A DNA stretch of 64,000 nucleotides from Entomortierella parvispora E1425 (GCA_020891255.1 BQFW01000001.1:2728001-2792000); one strand, 5' to 3'; shown: positions 31,913-44,238, counted from the stretch's first letter. Made by a program: numbers and translations. The notes: a model not told the origin generated them from the sequence alone.

Positions 31913-33330
31913 CTACTGCCTTCCGCCCACACGGGTCGCCTTGGAAGAGTCCGTTGAATTCGAGGTCGAGGAGCCGAAAGAAGTCAATGTGCCCCGATCG
32001 CGACTTGAGCTATTCCCGTTCTGGCCTCCATTCCCGTGGCTTTGGGTCCCGTTGCTCTGACTGTTGGCATGATGATGTTCTTCGTGGCCATCCTCGACAA
32101 CTACAGCCGAGGGACTCTGAGGCTCGCGGTTGTCGCCCCCTCGCATCACTAACGTGCCTGCACTGGAGATCCGGTGGGCCTGTTGAGGATTGTGCGTGAC
32201 CCACAAACACACACAGTTCATTTGCCTCAATGTCCGCTCCACCTGGCCACAGCTCGATTCGTCCAAGGCCGATGTGGGTTCTTTGAAAATGGACGGAAGG
32301 AGAAAATAAAGGGGCGGTGGAAGGGGAGAACGAGACAAAGACGGGAAAGAACAAAAAATGTTAGGAGGGAGTAACGCGAAAGGGTCCTGTTGCAAAGGCA
32401 CACCGAACAGAATGCCTTGATAAAAACAAACAAACAATGAAAGAGAAGCATTTACCATCCAGGAGAAGCACATCTGGTCGGAAAGAACATCCAATTGCCA
32501 GGGAAATACGCTGTATCTCTCCTCCAGAGAGAGTGTTCCATCTGCTGTGCCAGAGTTCTGGGCGAATACCCCAACTAGTACAAGGGTACAAGGAATTGTC
32601 GCGTCGTGTCAATTAGTTTGTTTGCATTGTTGTCTCCTTCTTGTGACAACAACCAAGTCCACTTACTCGAGTCCAATCTCAACAGGATCATCAAAGGATT
32701 CTTTGTTCTTCTTATGAGCTCCAAATCGTCGAACTTCTTCAACAAAGTCCGAGGGAGTTCCTTCCATGATAGGTGATCGTTGCGGGATATACATGACGCG
32801 ACTTCTCCAATTAGGCATACCCCACTGATCTGGTGTCCTAGAAAGCGCAATGATGAGGCGACAGCAAAGGATCCGTGACAAAGATCGGTTAGAGAGAGCG
32901 AGACGGACAACGGAATCAATTTGATACCACAATCGACCCGCGCAAGGAGGAGCAAATGCATGCTGCAGGCCTGCATGATTTTTTTTCTGTCCGTGCATTT
33001 TCCAGCCCATACTTGTCTTCGAGATAAACTTGGCCTTCGTCCATGATGATGGTTTGGTTAATGCACTTTAGCAGAGTTGATTTTCTATGGCAAGGAGGCA
33101 CGACACACAAATGAGGTCAATAAAAATTGGTCAAAAGGCGGTCCTGACTGCGAACAGTTCCACAGAGCGTAACGGGCCCAGGCCTTTCTATAGTAGACTT
33201 ACCCTACGCCAGATGGACCAGTGATGGTCAAGATGCCATGCTTAACCTCAAGGTCAATGTTACGGAACAGCCAGTCGCCATCCTCGTTCTTCTTGCCCAC
33301 ACCCTTTGCGCGGAAATGAGATGATGACAT
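31913..33330 (-). CDS. Stand-alone ABC ATPase (single NBD, no TM domain; STAR1/FetA(YbbL)-like), multi-exon
   Basis: Walker A GPSGVGKST split by an intron, Q-loop VMYIPQ, signature LSGGEIQR, Walker B/D-loop VLLLDEPTSALD and H-loop WVTHN. Confidence 0.88.
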
Positions 33331-33434
33331 TGCAGTGGAGTGAAGGAAATGAGGGAAGAATTGAAATCAAATGAGACAAAAGTCAAAAAATCCACCGGGT
33401 TTTTATTGCCATAAAAAGCAACGTTATCATTTGC

Positions 33435-34604
33435 TCACACCGACGCCAAAAAGTCATCAAGGCCAGGAGGAAACAGGCTGTCGTCATCCAGCTCGTCCTC
33501 GGATGGCTTTGGCGGTTGTTGCACTGGCTGTGCAGCTGCCTTCTTGTTCTTCGCGCTGTTCTCTGACGTGCCCTTTGTAGAGCTCTTGCTGGATGACACT
33601 GCTGGTGGTGCTGCCATTGCAAAAGGGGACGATGTTGAACCCAAAGAATGAACGACGATATACAGAGTCTGGGGATGCAGTTTCAATGGCGCGTATCCAA
33701 TCTGGAGAGTAGGCTTTTGATCCAGTTGACTTGCTGGGAACACATCTTCTTGGGCGACTGCCTTGCCTCGTTTACTCCTACTCGATGCCGCCGCTCCTCC
33801 CCGTTGTCTCTTGGATCCTCTATCGTTCTCTCTGTTATTCTCACGATATTCTGCATCTTCGCCCAGATCAATGCCGTCACCCTCTTCATCGTCGGCAGGT
33901 TGAAAGTCGCTCACCCGCAGGTCGTCACTCTCATCTTCCTCACGAATTTGCACGCCGTCGTTGTCATCTATTTCGAGATCTGTTCGAGCTCTTCGACTTG
34001 CCCCTGGTAAATGTTCCTCATCCTCTACTACCTCGGCCTTCACTTTTTGAAATCCAAGGTTCTTTTCAGCTGCAAGAACCGATCCTCCACGTTCTGCGCG
34101 GGTGCTGGGCCGGAATCCAAACCGAATGGCAAATCTAGGCCTTTCGTGGTCGCCTCCTCCCGTCCTCCGCCTTCCAGTCGTGGTGGAAGATGATGTAAGT
34201 GCCTGCTCGACATGACTATCGGAGGGGCCGCCCAATATCACTCCTGCATCTTCCAAGCCATCGTCGATTTCCTGTCCTAGACCGGCGGCTCTACTAGAGT
34301 TGTTGGCAAAGTTGGAGGCCTTCTTGGAGATATGACCGTCCTCGTAGAGCTGTACACGACTCAAAAGTAATGGTTTAAGGACAGCAAGGACTTCCTATTT
34401 GAATGAATCGACGATTAGGACCACAGCTTGACTCTTTCTTTGCTCCTGTCTTCTCTTTCTTCCTGTACACAAAAAAACGAAAACAATTACTTGGAACGTG
34501 TAATCATTAAACCATTCAAGATCCTCTTCTGACAAAAAAAGATTCAACGGTAGTACACCGGTTTTGCTGATGCGTAGGAAATGAAAGTTTGTAGTTGCAA
34601 ACAT
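33435..34604 (-). CDS. Uncharacterised ~357-aa protein, putative SLX4IP (UPF0492)-like; exons 34604-34491 and 34394-33435
   Basis: A 96-nt intron (GTAATT..CTAAT..TAG) joins MFATTNFHFLRISKTGVLPLNLFLSEEDLEWFNDYTFQ to EVLAVLKPLLLSRVQLYE. Acidic middle, then KPTLQIGYAPLKLHPQTLYIVVHSL. Confidence 0.75.
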
Positions 34605-34775
34605 GAGGTGAATGGAATGGAATGAAGAGAGGAGGGTGCATGAAAAGACCCAGGTTCCTTCAATGCAAAAAGATCATGTTGGACATTTCGCGCCACCAAT
34701 TTTTTTTTTTTTTTTTTTTTTTTATTTGTCAAGGAACAGCGACTAGGCTTTCAACATCCAAAAAAAAATGAATAT

Positions 34776-35735
34776 TTAAGCAGAGGCGGCCTCCTGCTGC
34801 TTGATGATATCAGAGTCACCAGCATCAGTGATGGAGAGGACACCAACACTAAAGAGAAAAGAGGGAATGTAATGGACAACAGTCAGCAAAACTTGTTGTC
34901 GTGGACGAAAATGATCCCCATTGCATAGATAAGGACAGTGATCATTCAGCAAGAAAACTTACCGGAAGTACTTTCCGCAGGCGGTACCGAGCTCGACGTT
35001 GGTGCCGGTGTAGTGGTGGACACCGGTCTTGGACAACATGGCGTAGTACTCGATCTCGGACTTGCGAAGAGGAGGGCAGTTACCGGAGATGATGACCAAC
35101 TTGGCTGTTTTTGTTTTCGAAATAAAAAAACAAATTGACCAAGGCACAAACATTCAACAGGTGAACAGTCCACAAGTTCAACAACATCACAAAGATGATA
35201 TGGACAAAACACATGTGTCGTATATAAACCAAGCGAGGAATGGAAATGAATGTAGAAAAGGAATAGATAAAAGAACGAGGTGATGAGTACAAAGGTTTTT
35301 GGGACGTTCTCAGCCCTTGCGAGCTCCGGTCACCAAAACAAAGAGAACTGGCTTGCATTGGGGGGCAAGTGCAAAGAACGCCATCACCCAGAAGGACAAG
35401 GCATCAGGCAGACCAAATTTCAGGTACAAGGCATTGAGCGCGCACTGATACCATATCTAATGCACGCCCAACGACACTGCACTTTTCAATGGCATGCCTT
35501 TATCCTCGGTCCATTCATAGCGAGCGGGTCCCAAGCAAGCCAGAAGAACATAAAAAAAAATTGCGTCCCTGGCGAGACTTCTTCAACGACAGGTTTTCCA
35601 CGTACACTTTCCGTTGCGGAGGGTCTTGAGGGTCGACTTGTAACCGAGCTGGTACTTGCCGGACTTCATGACGAGCGCCAAACGGGAGTTGATGCCCTCG
35701 CCGGACTTGACCTTCTTCTTGTTGATGGGAGCCAT
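34776..35735 (-). CDS. RPL30: 60S ribosomal protein eL30; exons 35735-35606, 35104-34963, 34848-34776
   Basis: [92 protein letters not shown]. Confidence 0.97.
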
Positions 35736-35962
35736 TGCTGATAATTCAAGTCTGATGGGAAATGAGAGAGGAGGATCTCACAAAAAAACAAACAAGCGGC
35801 GGTTTTGCAGCAAGCGAAGAGATTTCTTCGCAGCCCTTAAGCCATCACATCACGTGCCAAGCTGCGCATTCGTCGTGGTTGAAAACTTGCATGGATGGAT
35901 GCATCTGCATCTTTTTCTCTTCAAATCCAACATACCTTAACATTATTTACTCTACAATCTTA

Positions 35963-37719
35963 ATGTCTGACCAAGAACTACTCGCACAGATTGCACAGGT
36001 CGCAGGTAAAGAAGATTCTTTGATTACAACTAAATTTTTTTTTGCGGATTCAAAAACTTATCAACTCTCCCCCTCTAGGCGCCATCAACAAGCATATCAA
36101 TACCCCAGCTGTTCGTGGATTCCAAGGATATCATGGATACAACCAAAACACTCGAGGCGGATACCCTGTTCAAAGTCGTGGAAGAGGTCGAGGAGCCCAT
36201 GCTCCAGCAGGAGCGTTCAATCGGTCACTCACTCTCAACAACACTTCAGCTGCGCCACGTCCACCCTATGCGCGACCAATGCCAGCAACAACAACACCTG
36301 CTGCAGCGGTGACACCAGTACGACCTACCACCTCCACCCCATATTTCCCTACTACATCTTCTGCTGGACCTCAATCAACTCCCAGGCCTCTTACACCATC
36401 TCGACACCTAACATTGGTCAACACCAATAAGAATACCACTGCACCCCCAAATGGACCAGCCTCTCAGTCATCAGTTTCCGGAAATAGCGTACCTGTCTCG
36501 CCCATCTCGCCCGCTTCAGTACCTGTAACGACTGTTGCACCGACACAACAATGGATCCAGTCAAAACGCAAGAATATGTCGCTCATGAACGAGAGCACCT
36601 TTAAAAAGACCATGGTGGCGAAGCAGAAATCGATCCAGGCTTCGAAGGAGTCAAGGCTTAAGCTTCTGAAGGCGAAACGTGCAAACCAACTTGGAAAAGG
36701 AATCGTAACTGTAGGCGGAGCAGAGTACACAAAGAGTCGAGATGGGAGGAAGCTCGTCATGCACAACAACAAACCTGTGGTCATCAACGGCGTGGAATTT
36801 GAGATGGACAGGAGAGGCAACAAACTCGTCCGGAAAGCAGTCGCGGGAGCCATCTCGAAGCTGGAAGCACCAACCATCAAGGCAGGACTTGGACCAACTA
36901 CTCCCTCTGCAGCAACAACGACTCCAAAACAATTCTCAATGGGTGGTGTGTACTATGTGCGGACAAGAAACGGGAATCTTGTCAGAGCCACACTCGTCAA
37001 GGACCAACTCCTCAGAGCAAGGCAGGAGAAGGGGAACAAGAGACAACGGAAGGCAAGACCATTTTGCAGGAATTTTACTCGGTTTGGTAAGAATGCTCTT
37101 TCTCTGCCGAGGAAGGCGTTTGTTTGGAATGAACTGTTGACATCTGTGAATATTGCGGATTGCACGATATCAATCTGCCTTGTGCATTTCTTTTTTTTTT
37201 TCCCTCTTTTTTGTTCAACAATGTGCAAATTGGTGTGCCTCATTCTAGGTCGATGCCACAGGGATTACTTGTGCCCGCTTGTACACTCAAGGGACCATCT
37301 CGCCATTTGCAAAAAGTTTCTGCGCGGTATCTGCCCCCACAGTGCATCCACCTGCTTGCTGTCTCATGTACCTAATCCCCACACGACCCCACCTTGCCAA
37401 CACTTTCAGCGCGCGGCCTGTACAAAAGATAACTGCCCGTATCCTCATATCAAGAAGAACCCGCAGGCTCCTATTTGCAGGCCGTTTGCGACTGAAGGTT
37501 GGTGCAATGATGGAGATGCTTGCAAAGATCGTCATGTGTGGATCTGCCCCGACTTTGGAACACCAGCTGGATGTAAGAGAAAGTGTGGACTAGCTCATCT
37601 GGAGAATGGTGGATTGAAAGTCAAAAAAACAGCAGAGGAGATGGAGAAGTCTAGGCAGGAATGGCAAAAGGCCATGGCTGCGGGCGAAGTTGTCGGTGGC
37701 AAAAGAAAATTTGGGACTC

Positions 37720-37751
<32 letters not shown>

Positions 37752-38141
37752 CCGGGATCTCGCTATTGGGAAAAGCCCAGTGATGCAGGGGATGGTTCAG
37801 TTGCGGATCAATTCGATGAGAACTTCATCCCCCTCAGCTTTGATGAGGCCAGTGCTGAAGAGGATGATATTATCATGGATGAGGATGATATCTTGGAAGA
37901 GGACGCTGACGAAGCAGAAGATATCAGCAGCGACGGAGTGGCAACAGATGACGATGAAGGGGAGGATGATGAAAGTGAGAATGATGAGCCGGTTGAGCAC
38001 GATGAAGAGGAGGATACCCGAGTCAAGTTGCGCGCCATTGAAAGGGTCGAGTATGACTCGGATGAGGATCAGGATGTGGATCCTGCTCAACAGGAATTGG
38101 ACGATTATTACGCGGCGCAGGATCTGGAGGAGTACATGTGA
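35963..38141 (+). CDS. Multi-CCCH zinc-finger protein (ZC3H3/Red5-like); exons 35963-36005, 36079-37086, 37249-38141
   Basis: N-terminal MSDQELLAQIAQVAGAINKH, five tandem CCCH-type fingers (FCRNFTRFGRC..CPLVH, ICKKFLRGIC, CQHFQRAAC, CRPFATEGWC, CPDFGTPAGC) and an acidic tail. Confidence 0.82.
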
Positions 38142-39699
38142 GTTTTCTTCTCTGATGTAACCTTTCACTGTGTGTTGGTCAAAGAAAGTGGATACCCCCT
38201 CCTTTTTTTTACATCTTTGCAAGGCATGGTTCTCTGTTCCCAAGAAGGCTCGAACAAGACATAGAAAAAATAATAAAATAAAAATATATATAGAAAACAC
38301 CATTCAAACTACATCCTCATTGCTGATCTTAAGAGAAAGAGTCTCCGTTGCACCATCCTGTTGCAAACGGCAAGAGTGAGTGCACCCACTCAATCATCTT
38401 TGTCCACATGCGCAAACAGGACAATGGTGGCAAAACATCATATCAGATCATATCGCACCATCCTCGGTCATCATTACTTCTTTCAGTCTTTGCCTTCCGT
38501 CCACAGGGGAGGTTTGCGAATCTATAAGGAACAAAGAGACAGAGGAGCCCCCTTTGGGGAGTGGGGAGGGTTGTTCGATTCCCAATACAAACAAACACAG
38601 GCACTCAACGAACAAGCATAGCAATGGACATACAATTGAGAGCAAAAATGGTGCCATTTTGAGCGTCTCTTTGCAACATTTGTTATTAGATGCTGCACTG
38701 CCCGTGCCGCTAAAGTACATGTATTGACTGTACGACCCCCATGCCGTCGCGTCCAAAACACCTTTTGGCACGTCCACCACTCTCCACCACTCTCCACCAC
38801 TCTTTGCTCCTTATGCACCAACGGTCAACGGTCGATGATCAAACTTTTCAAAACAAAAAGGCACGCGCACGCACAACCGCGAAACTGGGTCGCTAGTTTT
38901 CATTGAAGGCGTTGTTCAGCGACAACTGTTCTGCATGAATGTCCAGAAGTACATGAACATGCACCTACATTGGCCGTTGCCAAGCGGCAGGCGAGGGACG
39001 AAACGGCTCAAAGAGAGAGAGGGTGAAAAGAAAAAAAAGAAGAAAAAAAAAAAAGAAAAAAAAAAAAAGGACAGTGGCTCTCAATTGGGAGATGTGGACC
39101 CTTGTTCTATCATCGCGTTTTTCAGGGCGACAAGGGCTATCAAGCCAGGTTCTGTGTTTGATTGGCAAAAAGGCCACGAAACTTTCTCGTGCTCAGGGTC
39201 GCGGTTTCATTAGAGCGCCGACGAAAGAAGAAGAGGCGAATACGATGCAGTGAGCATGGACCGGTGCTGAAGGGAAGGACAGAAAGGCATACAGTATAGA
39301 GTTTTTGCACATCAACTCTCATCTCGAGAAATGACACCATGCCGACGGGCTGGCGGATATCATCTAATCAAACAGTGCGTTTTCCCCCCTTTCGAGAGCA
39401 GAATGGTCTGCAGATTGGCCTGTTGACCATGATGGGGGTCGGGGGGCGAGCGACCACAGTGTGCACTGCTGGAGTACAAAAAGAGAACCATCGACCATGG
39501 CGCGCTCCTGAAAAGAGATAGCTTTGAATGTTTCCATTTTCCTCTCTTTGATCTCTTCTTCTAACGCTTTTACGACCTCCCCCACTCTGGTGCCCAGCTT
39601 CACTCTACTTTTCTTCCTCTACCTTCATCTCTTGCGTCACAGCCTGTATCCTCCGCCTTCCTTTAATACTCCTTCACCCATACCCACTATAATATAATC

Positions 39700-41166
39700 A
39701 TGAGCGCATCCCTCATCGCGACCTCCATCACCATCAATGAGATCGTCGGCTCTCTCCTCGTTGGGGCTTCCCTTGTCCTCACCACACACTCTCTCTCACG
39801 TATGATCTTTCTACAACGGTCAGGATCGAAACTCCACCTCTTCCCTATCATCAACGTTGCACAGTTCATCAACGAACTTGCCGTCTTCTTCCTCATCACA
39901 ACAGCCTTCAATACGATATCCTTCCGAACAGCACTATGGCTCAATGTCGTCAACAATATCGCCTACTTCATCACCAAACCCACAACCATGTACCTGGCCT
40001 ACCTTCGTTGCTCGGCCGTGTACCCAAAATTTAGGAAGATGGTCTGGCTGCACGCTTTCTTTATTGGTTTCCGGGCCGCCGAGCTATTTGCGATTGTGGT
40101 TGTCAACATTGTCCAGAACTACCGATGTGATGGATCAGTGGCAGCGGGAACACGTTGTGCAGAGTTGGCGATTGCTTGGACGTTCAGAGACGCAGGAGCG
40201 CCTATTTTCAGGTTTTACTACATCATTTGTGAGGCCATCTTTTACGGGAAGTTGTTCAAGACCCTCAAGGGCATGACTGGTGGGAAAAAGAACTTGCAGT
40301 TGATTCAATATAGAAGGCTGCAGACGAGTTTGTTCACAGTGGATCTGATCCTGTTGGTCTTCATGTCCATTTACCGAATCATTGGCATCTTTGACCAGGA
40401 TCTCCCCACCTATGTCTACTACGAGCTATTCTCGTCCACGTTGACGATTTTCAACCTGACAGAGTTTGGTCTGAACATCCGCATCCTGTTCAATACCATC
40501 ACTGAGGGCAAATCCACAGACCCTGCGGATGGGTCTTCAGGCAAGGGTGGACCGGCCATGACAGGTGTCTCGTCTTCCTCTTCGAACGCGAGCAGGTTGG
40601 AGATGGAATCCATGGCCCCGAGCACCGCAGTTGGTGATCAATCCTCGCATCGTCAGCCAAGCACTACAGTCGGCAGCATCGTCGACAGCATCCGACCAGC
40701 CACGAGGCACAACTCGAGTTCTCCCTTGACATCCTTTGCTGCTGATGCCGGGTACAACAGTGACTATGATCTCTCCTCCCCTCGCCACTCCCAGCAACAG
40801 CACCACTACAAAAACCAGCAGCGCCCCTTGTCTCCTCTCTCCTCGATCGTATCCGTACCAACAGCGGCTGCTATAGAAAAGGCACGCGATACCCATGATG
40901 ACTATCTTGCCTATACAGCCGGCATGGACGCGCCAACACAGTCATATTCATATCATCCCTGGGAGTCGGCTGGACGCGGGTCGCGGTCTTTGACTCCAAC
41001 ACAAGAGCACATTGTTGCTCCTGCAAAGCTGCAGAGTCAAACACGACGACAGCAACAGCAACAACAAGGATTTTACGAATTTACGACTAGCCCCATTGCA
41101 TCCCTTTCATCTCGTCCTTCTCTGGACGCGAGGACACCCCCAAGTCCCAGGCAAACATCGCGCTGA
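39700..41166 (+). CDS. Orphan multi-pass (probably 7-TM, GPCR-like) membrane protein with a long Ser-rich cytosolic tail
   Basis: Intronless 488-aa ORF. About seven hydrophobic segments lie in the first ~265 aa, with a Cys pair RCDGSVAAGTRC in a predicted outer loop and a low-complexity C-tail. Confidence 0.72.
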   Translation: MSASLIATSITINEIVGSLLVGASLVLTTHSLSRMIFLQRSGSKLHLFPIINVAQFINELAVFFLITTAFNTISFRTALWLNVVNNIAYFITKPTTMYLAYLRCSAVYPKFRKMVWLHAFFIGFRAAELFAIVVVNIVQNYRCDGSVAAGTRCAELAIAWTFRDAGAPIFRFYYIICEAIFYGKLFKTLKGMTGGKKNLQLIQYRRLQTSLFTVDLILLVFMSIYRIIGIFDQDLPTYVYYELFSSTLTIFNLTEFGLNIRILFNTITEGKSTDPADGSSGKGGPAMTGVSSSSSNASRLEMESMAPSTAVGDQSSHRQPSTTVGSIVDSIRPATRHNSSSPLTSFAADAGYNSDYDLSSPRHSQQQHHYKNQQRPLSPLSSIVSVPTAAAIEKARDTHDDYLAYTAGMDAPTQSYSYHPWESAGRGSRSLTPTQEHIVAPAKLQSQTRRQQQQQQGFYEFTTSPIASLSSRPSLDARTPPSPRQTSR

Positions 41167-41394
41167 CAAGAGCCTTCTACATACCAAACTACCAATAATA
41201 ATAATAAAACGCGCTGACTCTCCCGTCCCGTCACCTGTTCGGCAAGGAAAAAAAGAGGAATGCTCTCCAAGTAAAACAGGGTGCACCAAATTTCACAGTT
41301 CAAGACAATCCTTGCATGCTGTTTTTATTTGTTTTTGTCTTTTTTTTGGTCTTTGTGTGTGCTTTTGGTATTATCCGTGCTGCTCCGACCAATT

Positions 41395-42255
41395 TTAATC
41401 CACGCCGACAAAGAAGGTAGCCTTGCGACGGTACTCGCGCTGCTTCCGGAGCCACTTGCGGTACTCGCTCACGGACTTGATCTTCTCGCCATAGTAGTCG
41501 GGCACGGGGTTACGGGCAGAGTTGGACGAGGGATCAGCGCGGTTCTTGACAATGTGCTTGAAAAACTCGGTATCCATCTATTTTTCAAGAAAAGGAGAGA
41601 ATTCGATCACGTATCACGTCAGCGTGGCATTCACAGTTGGGGTAGAGACATCAGACGACACAGTCAGTCCGTTTGACGTGTTCGCTGCAATGGCTTGGCC
41701 AGCCCCAGTCCTTTTTTTTCCTTATCTCCTTTTCATTTCATGCTGGATCCACCTTGGATCTTATCTTACCCTGTCCACCAAGGGCTTGGCTTTCGAGTTG
41801 ACGGCTCTGAAGACAATGTTACCAACGACGGGGCCGGTCGCGAGTCCAACAATACCGGCAGCAATGGTACCGGCAGCGTAGACAATCATCTGATCCATAC
41901 CAAAGATAGGTGTGGGGTCAAAATCCTGTTGCGCAAAGTAGTAACCGGCACTACCGAGGCCCAAGAGAGCACAAGGCACCATAAAGACGCGTTCGTAGTT
42001 GCGGCGGGTGCGACGCAGAGCAAAGTAAGTGTTCCAGTCCATGGTCTCGGCAGGCGCCGCAGCGGTGGTTGTAGAGGAGGTGGAGGAGGCGGGGGTAGAT
42101 GCCCTTGAAGGTGAAGAGGTGGTCAAGAGGCGACGCGAGCAGGAGGAAGAGGGAGAAGAGGCCATCTTGGTGGCGTTCATGCATGTGGGGCGCGAAATGG
42201 AGTTGGAGATGGAGCGTCCGACGAGGAGCGACATGCGGAGAGATGCGGTGGCCAT
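41395..42255 (-). CDS. PAM17: Presequence translocase-associated motor subunit Pam17; exons 42255-41770 and 41577-41395
   Basis: MDWNTYFALRRTRR, two TM segments, and FFKHIVKNRADPSSNSARNPVPDYYGEKIKSVSEYRKWLRKQREY. Confidence 0.93.
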
Positions 42256-42819
42256 AACGAGATGTGTATATGTGTGTTTGTGTATGTGAGCGTAAATGAG
42301 AAAGGGCTGACTGGGGGACAAAGAGAGGATGGTTAAAGAGAGGTCAAAGAGGGCAAGGAGAAGGACCGATGGAGAAGAAATGCAAATGGATGGAGAACTG
42401 TGTGCATGTGCGTGTGTGCACTGCACAGGACAAGAGCAGCATGGTTTGAATCACGTGCGAATTGTTTACTGAAGATTGAGGGGCAGTCACAAATCTGGAT
42501 CCAGTTCCTTTCTGACCGTCTGTGACCCTGTCGCTGTCATCGGCGCCCACGGCTCAGAGAGATAAAAATTTCCTCTTCTGATGCCAGGGACCAGGACCAG
42601 CCAAGGGCAACCTCCGAGAGGAAAGCCTATCTCTCTGCGTCTGTCTGCCCTGTCTCCCTTGCTGGCCAGCCCTTCGTTCCGAACAGACAGACCCTCAGTC
42701 TCCGCAATCGGCCTTTTCCGTGGTGTGTTGTTTTCACTTTCTTTTCTTCTTCTTTCCCCTCCTTCCTCCCTCCTCTCTTTCTCACCCTCAATCCCTCTCC
42801 CCTCCCAACACCCATTGAC

Positions 42820-44238
42820 ATGTCGCCTCCTTCCTCCAGCAAGCACTCCGAGTCCGGTGTCGCCCGTCTCTGCGGTTCGGGAACCTCGGGATTCCTTGAG
42901 CTCATGATCTTCCACCCCATTGACACTGTCGCCAAGCGTCTCATGAGCAACCAGACTCGTGTAAGTAACCTCGCAGCGGTCTCAGTCTCTCAGGAACAAG
43001 GACAACCTCGCCTTCATAGGCCTGCCAGGATCGATTTTTCTCTCTCGCCCTTCCGTTCTTCACCCCTGTCGACTGTTATCTGATCTGGACTGATAGTGAG
43101 CAATCACCATAGTTGTCAACGGCTCGCTGCGGACAGGACTCGACTGCAAACAACTCTTTGACCGCGAGCATCCGCATCTACCCTGCACATGTGATAATGG
43201 CATCCGACGGAAATGCACTAGTGTATCGTTGACTAAGTCAATGTCGGTCTTCTTCTTTTTTAGCTCTTTGTTCCTGGCCACCCCATGAGTGTTGGTCTTG
43301 CTGCTACCAACAAGGTCATCTTCAAGGATGCTGCTAACGCCGCTTTCCTCAAGAAGTACGCCTCCTTGTTCCCTGGTCTTGGCTTCGCTGCTGGATACAA
43401 GATCATGCAGCGTATCTACAAGTTTGGTGGTCAGCCCTTCGTCAACGAGTTCTTGAACCGCAACTACAAGGACAAGTTCAACAACGTCTTTGGAGAGAAG
43501 ACCGGAAAGACCATCATGCACGCCACTGCCGGTTCCTTTGTCGGAATCGGAGAGATTGCTCTCTTGCCCTTGGATGTTCTCAAGATCAAGCGTCAAACAA
43601 ACCCCGAGGCTTTCCGTGGTCGTGGTGTCTTGAAGATTGTTGCTGACGAGGGAATGGGATTGTACAGGTACGCTGTTCCTCTGTCTTTTTTCTAGAGTTG
43701 ACAAGTTTTGACCCATTACCTCTTTTTTTGTCGCGCATTACAAAGAGACTGGCCTCTCTCCTTCGATTGAACTAACTCGGTCCATTCCTATCCTGTTGTA
43801 TTGAATAGAGGTGCTCTCTGGACCGCTGGTCGTAATGCCCCAGGATCCTTTGCTCTTTTCGGAGGAAGCGCCTTCGTCAAGGAGTGGATTTTCGGACTTG
43901 AGGACTACAACAAGGCTACCTTCTTCCAGAACTTCTGCGCTTCTATTGGAGGATCTGTTGCCTCGATCACTGTTGCTGCTCCTTTGGATGTCGTCAAGAC
44001 CCGTATCCAGAACCGTAACTTTGACAACCCCGAGGGTGGTGTTAGCATCATCAAGAAGATGATCCGTAACGAGGGATTCGGAGCTTTCTTCAAGGGTCTT
44101 TTGCCCAAGATCCTGGTTGTTGGACCCAAGCTCGTTTTCTCCTTCACCATTGCCCAGCAGTTGATCCCCGTCTTCCACAAGTACTTTGAGGAGTCTGGCA
44201 TCACCCACGTTGGCAACCTCAAGAAGTCTGAGGTCTAA
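42820..44238 (+). CDS. GGC1: Mitochondrial GTP/GDP carrier; exons 42820-42960, 43264-43667, 43809-44238
   Basis: ARLCGSGTSGFLELMIFHPIDTVAKRLMSN, SLFPGLGFAAGYKIMQRIYKFGGQP, LLPLDVLKIKRQTNPEAFRGRG and RNAPGSFALFGG. Three carrier signature motifs. Confidence 0.93.

Noticed and set aside
35310-35387. C/D snoRNA candidate in RPL30 intron 1 (GTGATGG ... CTGA on the minus strand)
   Set aside because: The C box is mismatched, the terminal stem is weak, and I recognise no rRNA-complementary guide.
38170-39690. Several 60-115 aa ORFs between the CCCH gene and the 7-TM gene
   Set aside because: They overlap each other, are dominated by homopolymer runs and show no conserved motifs.
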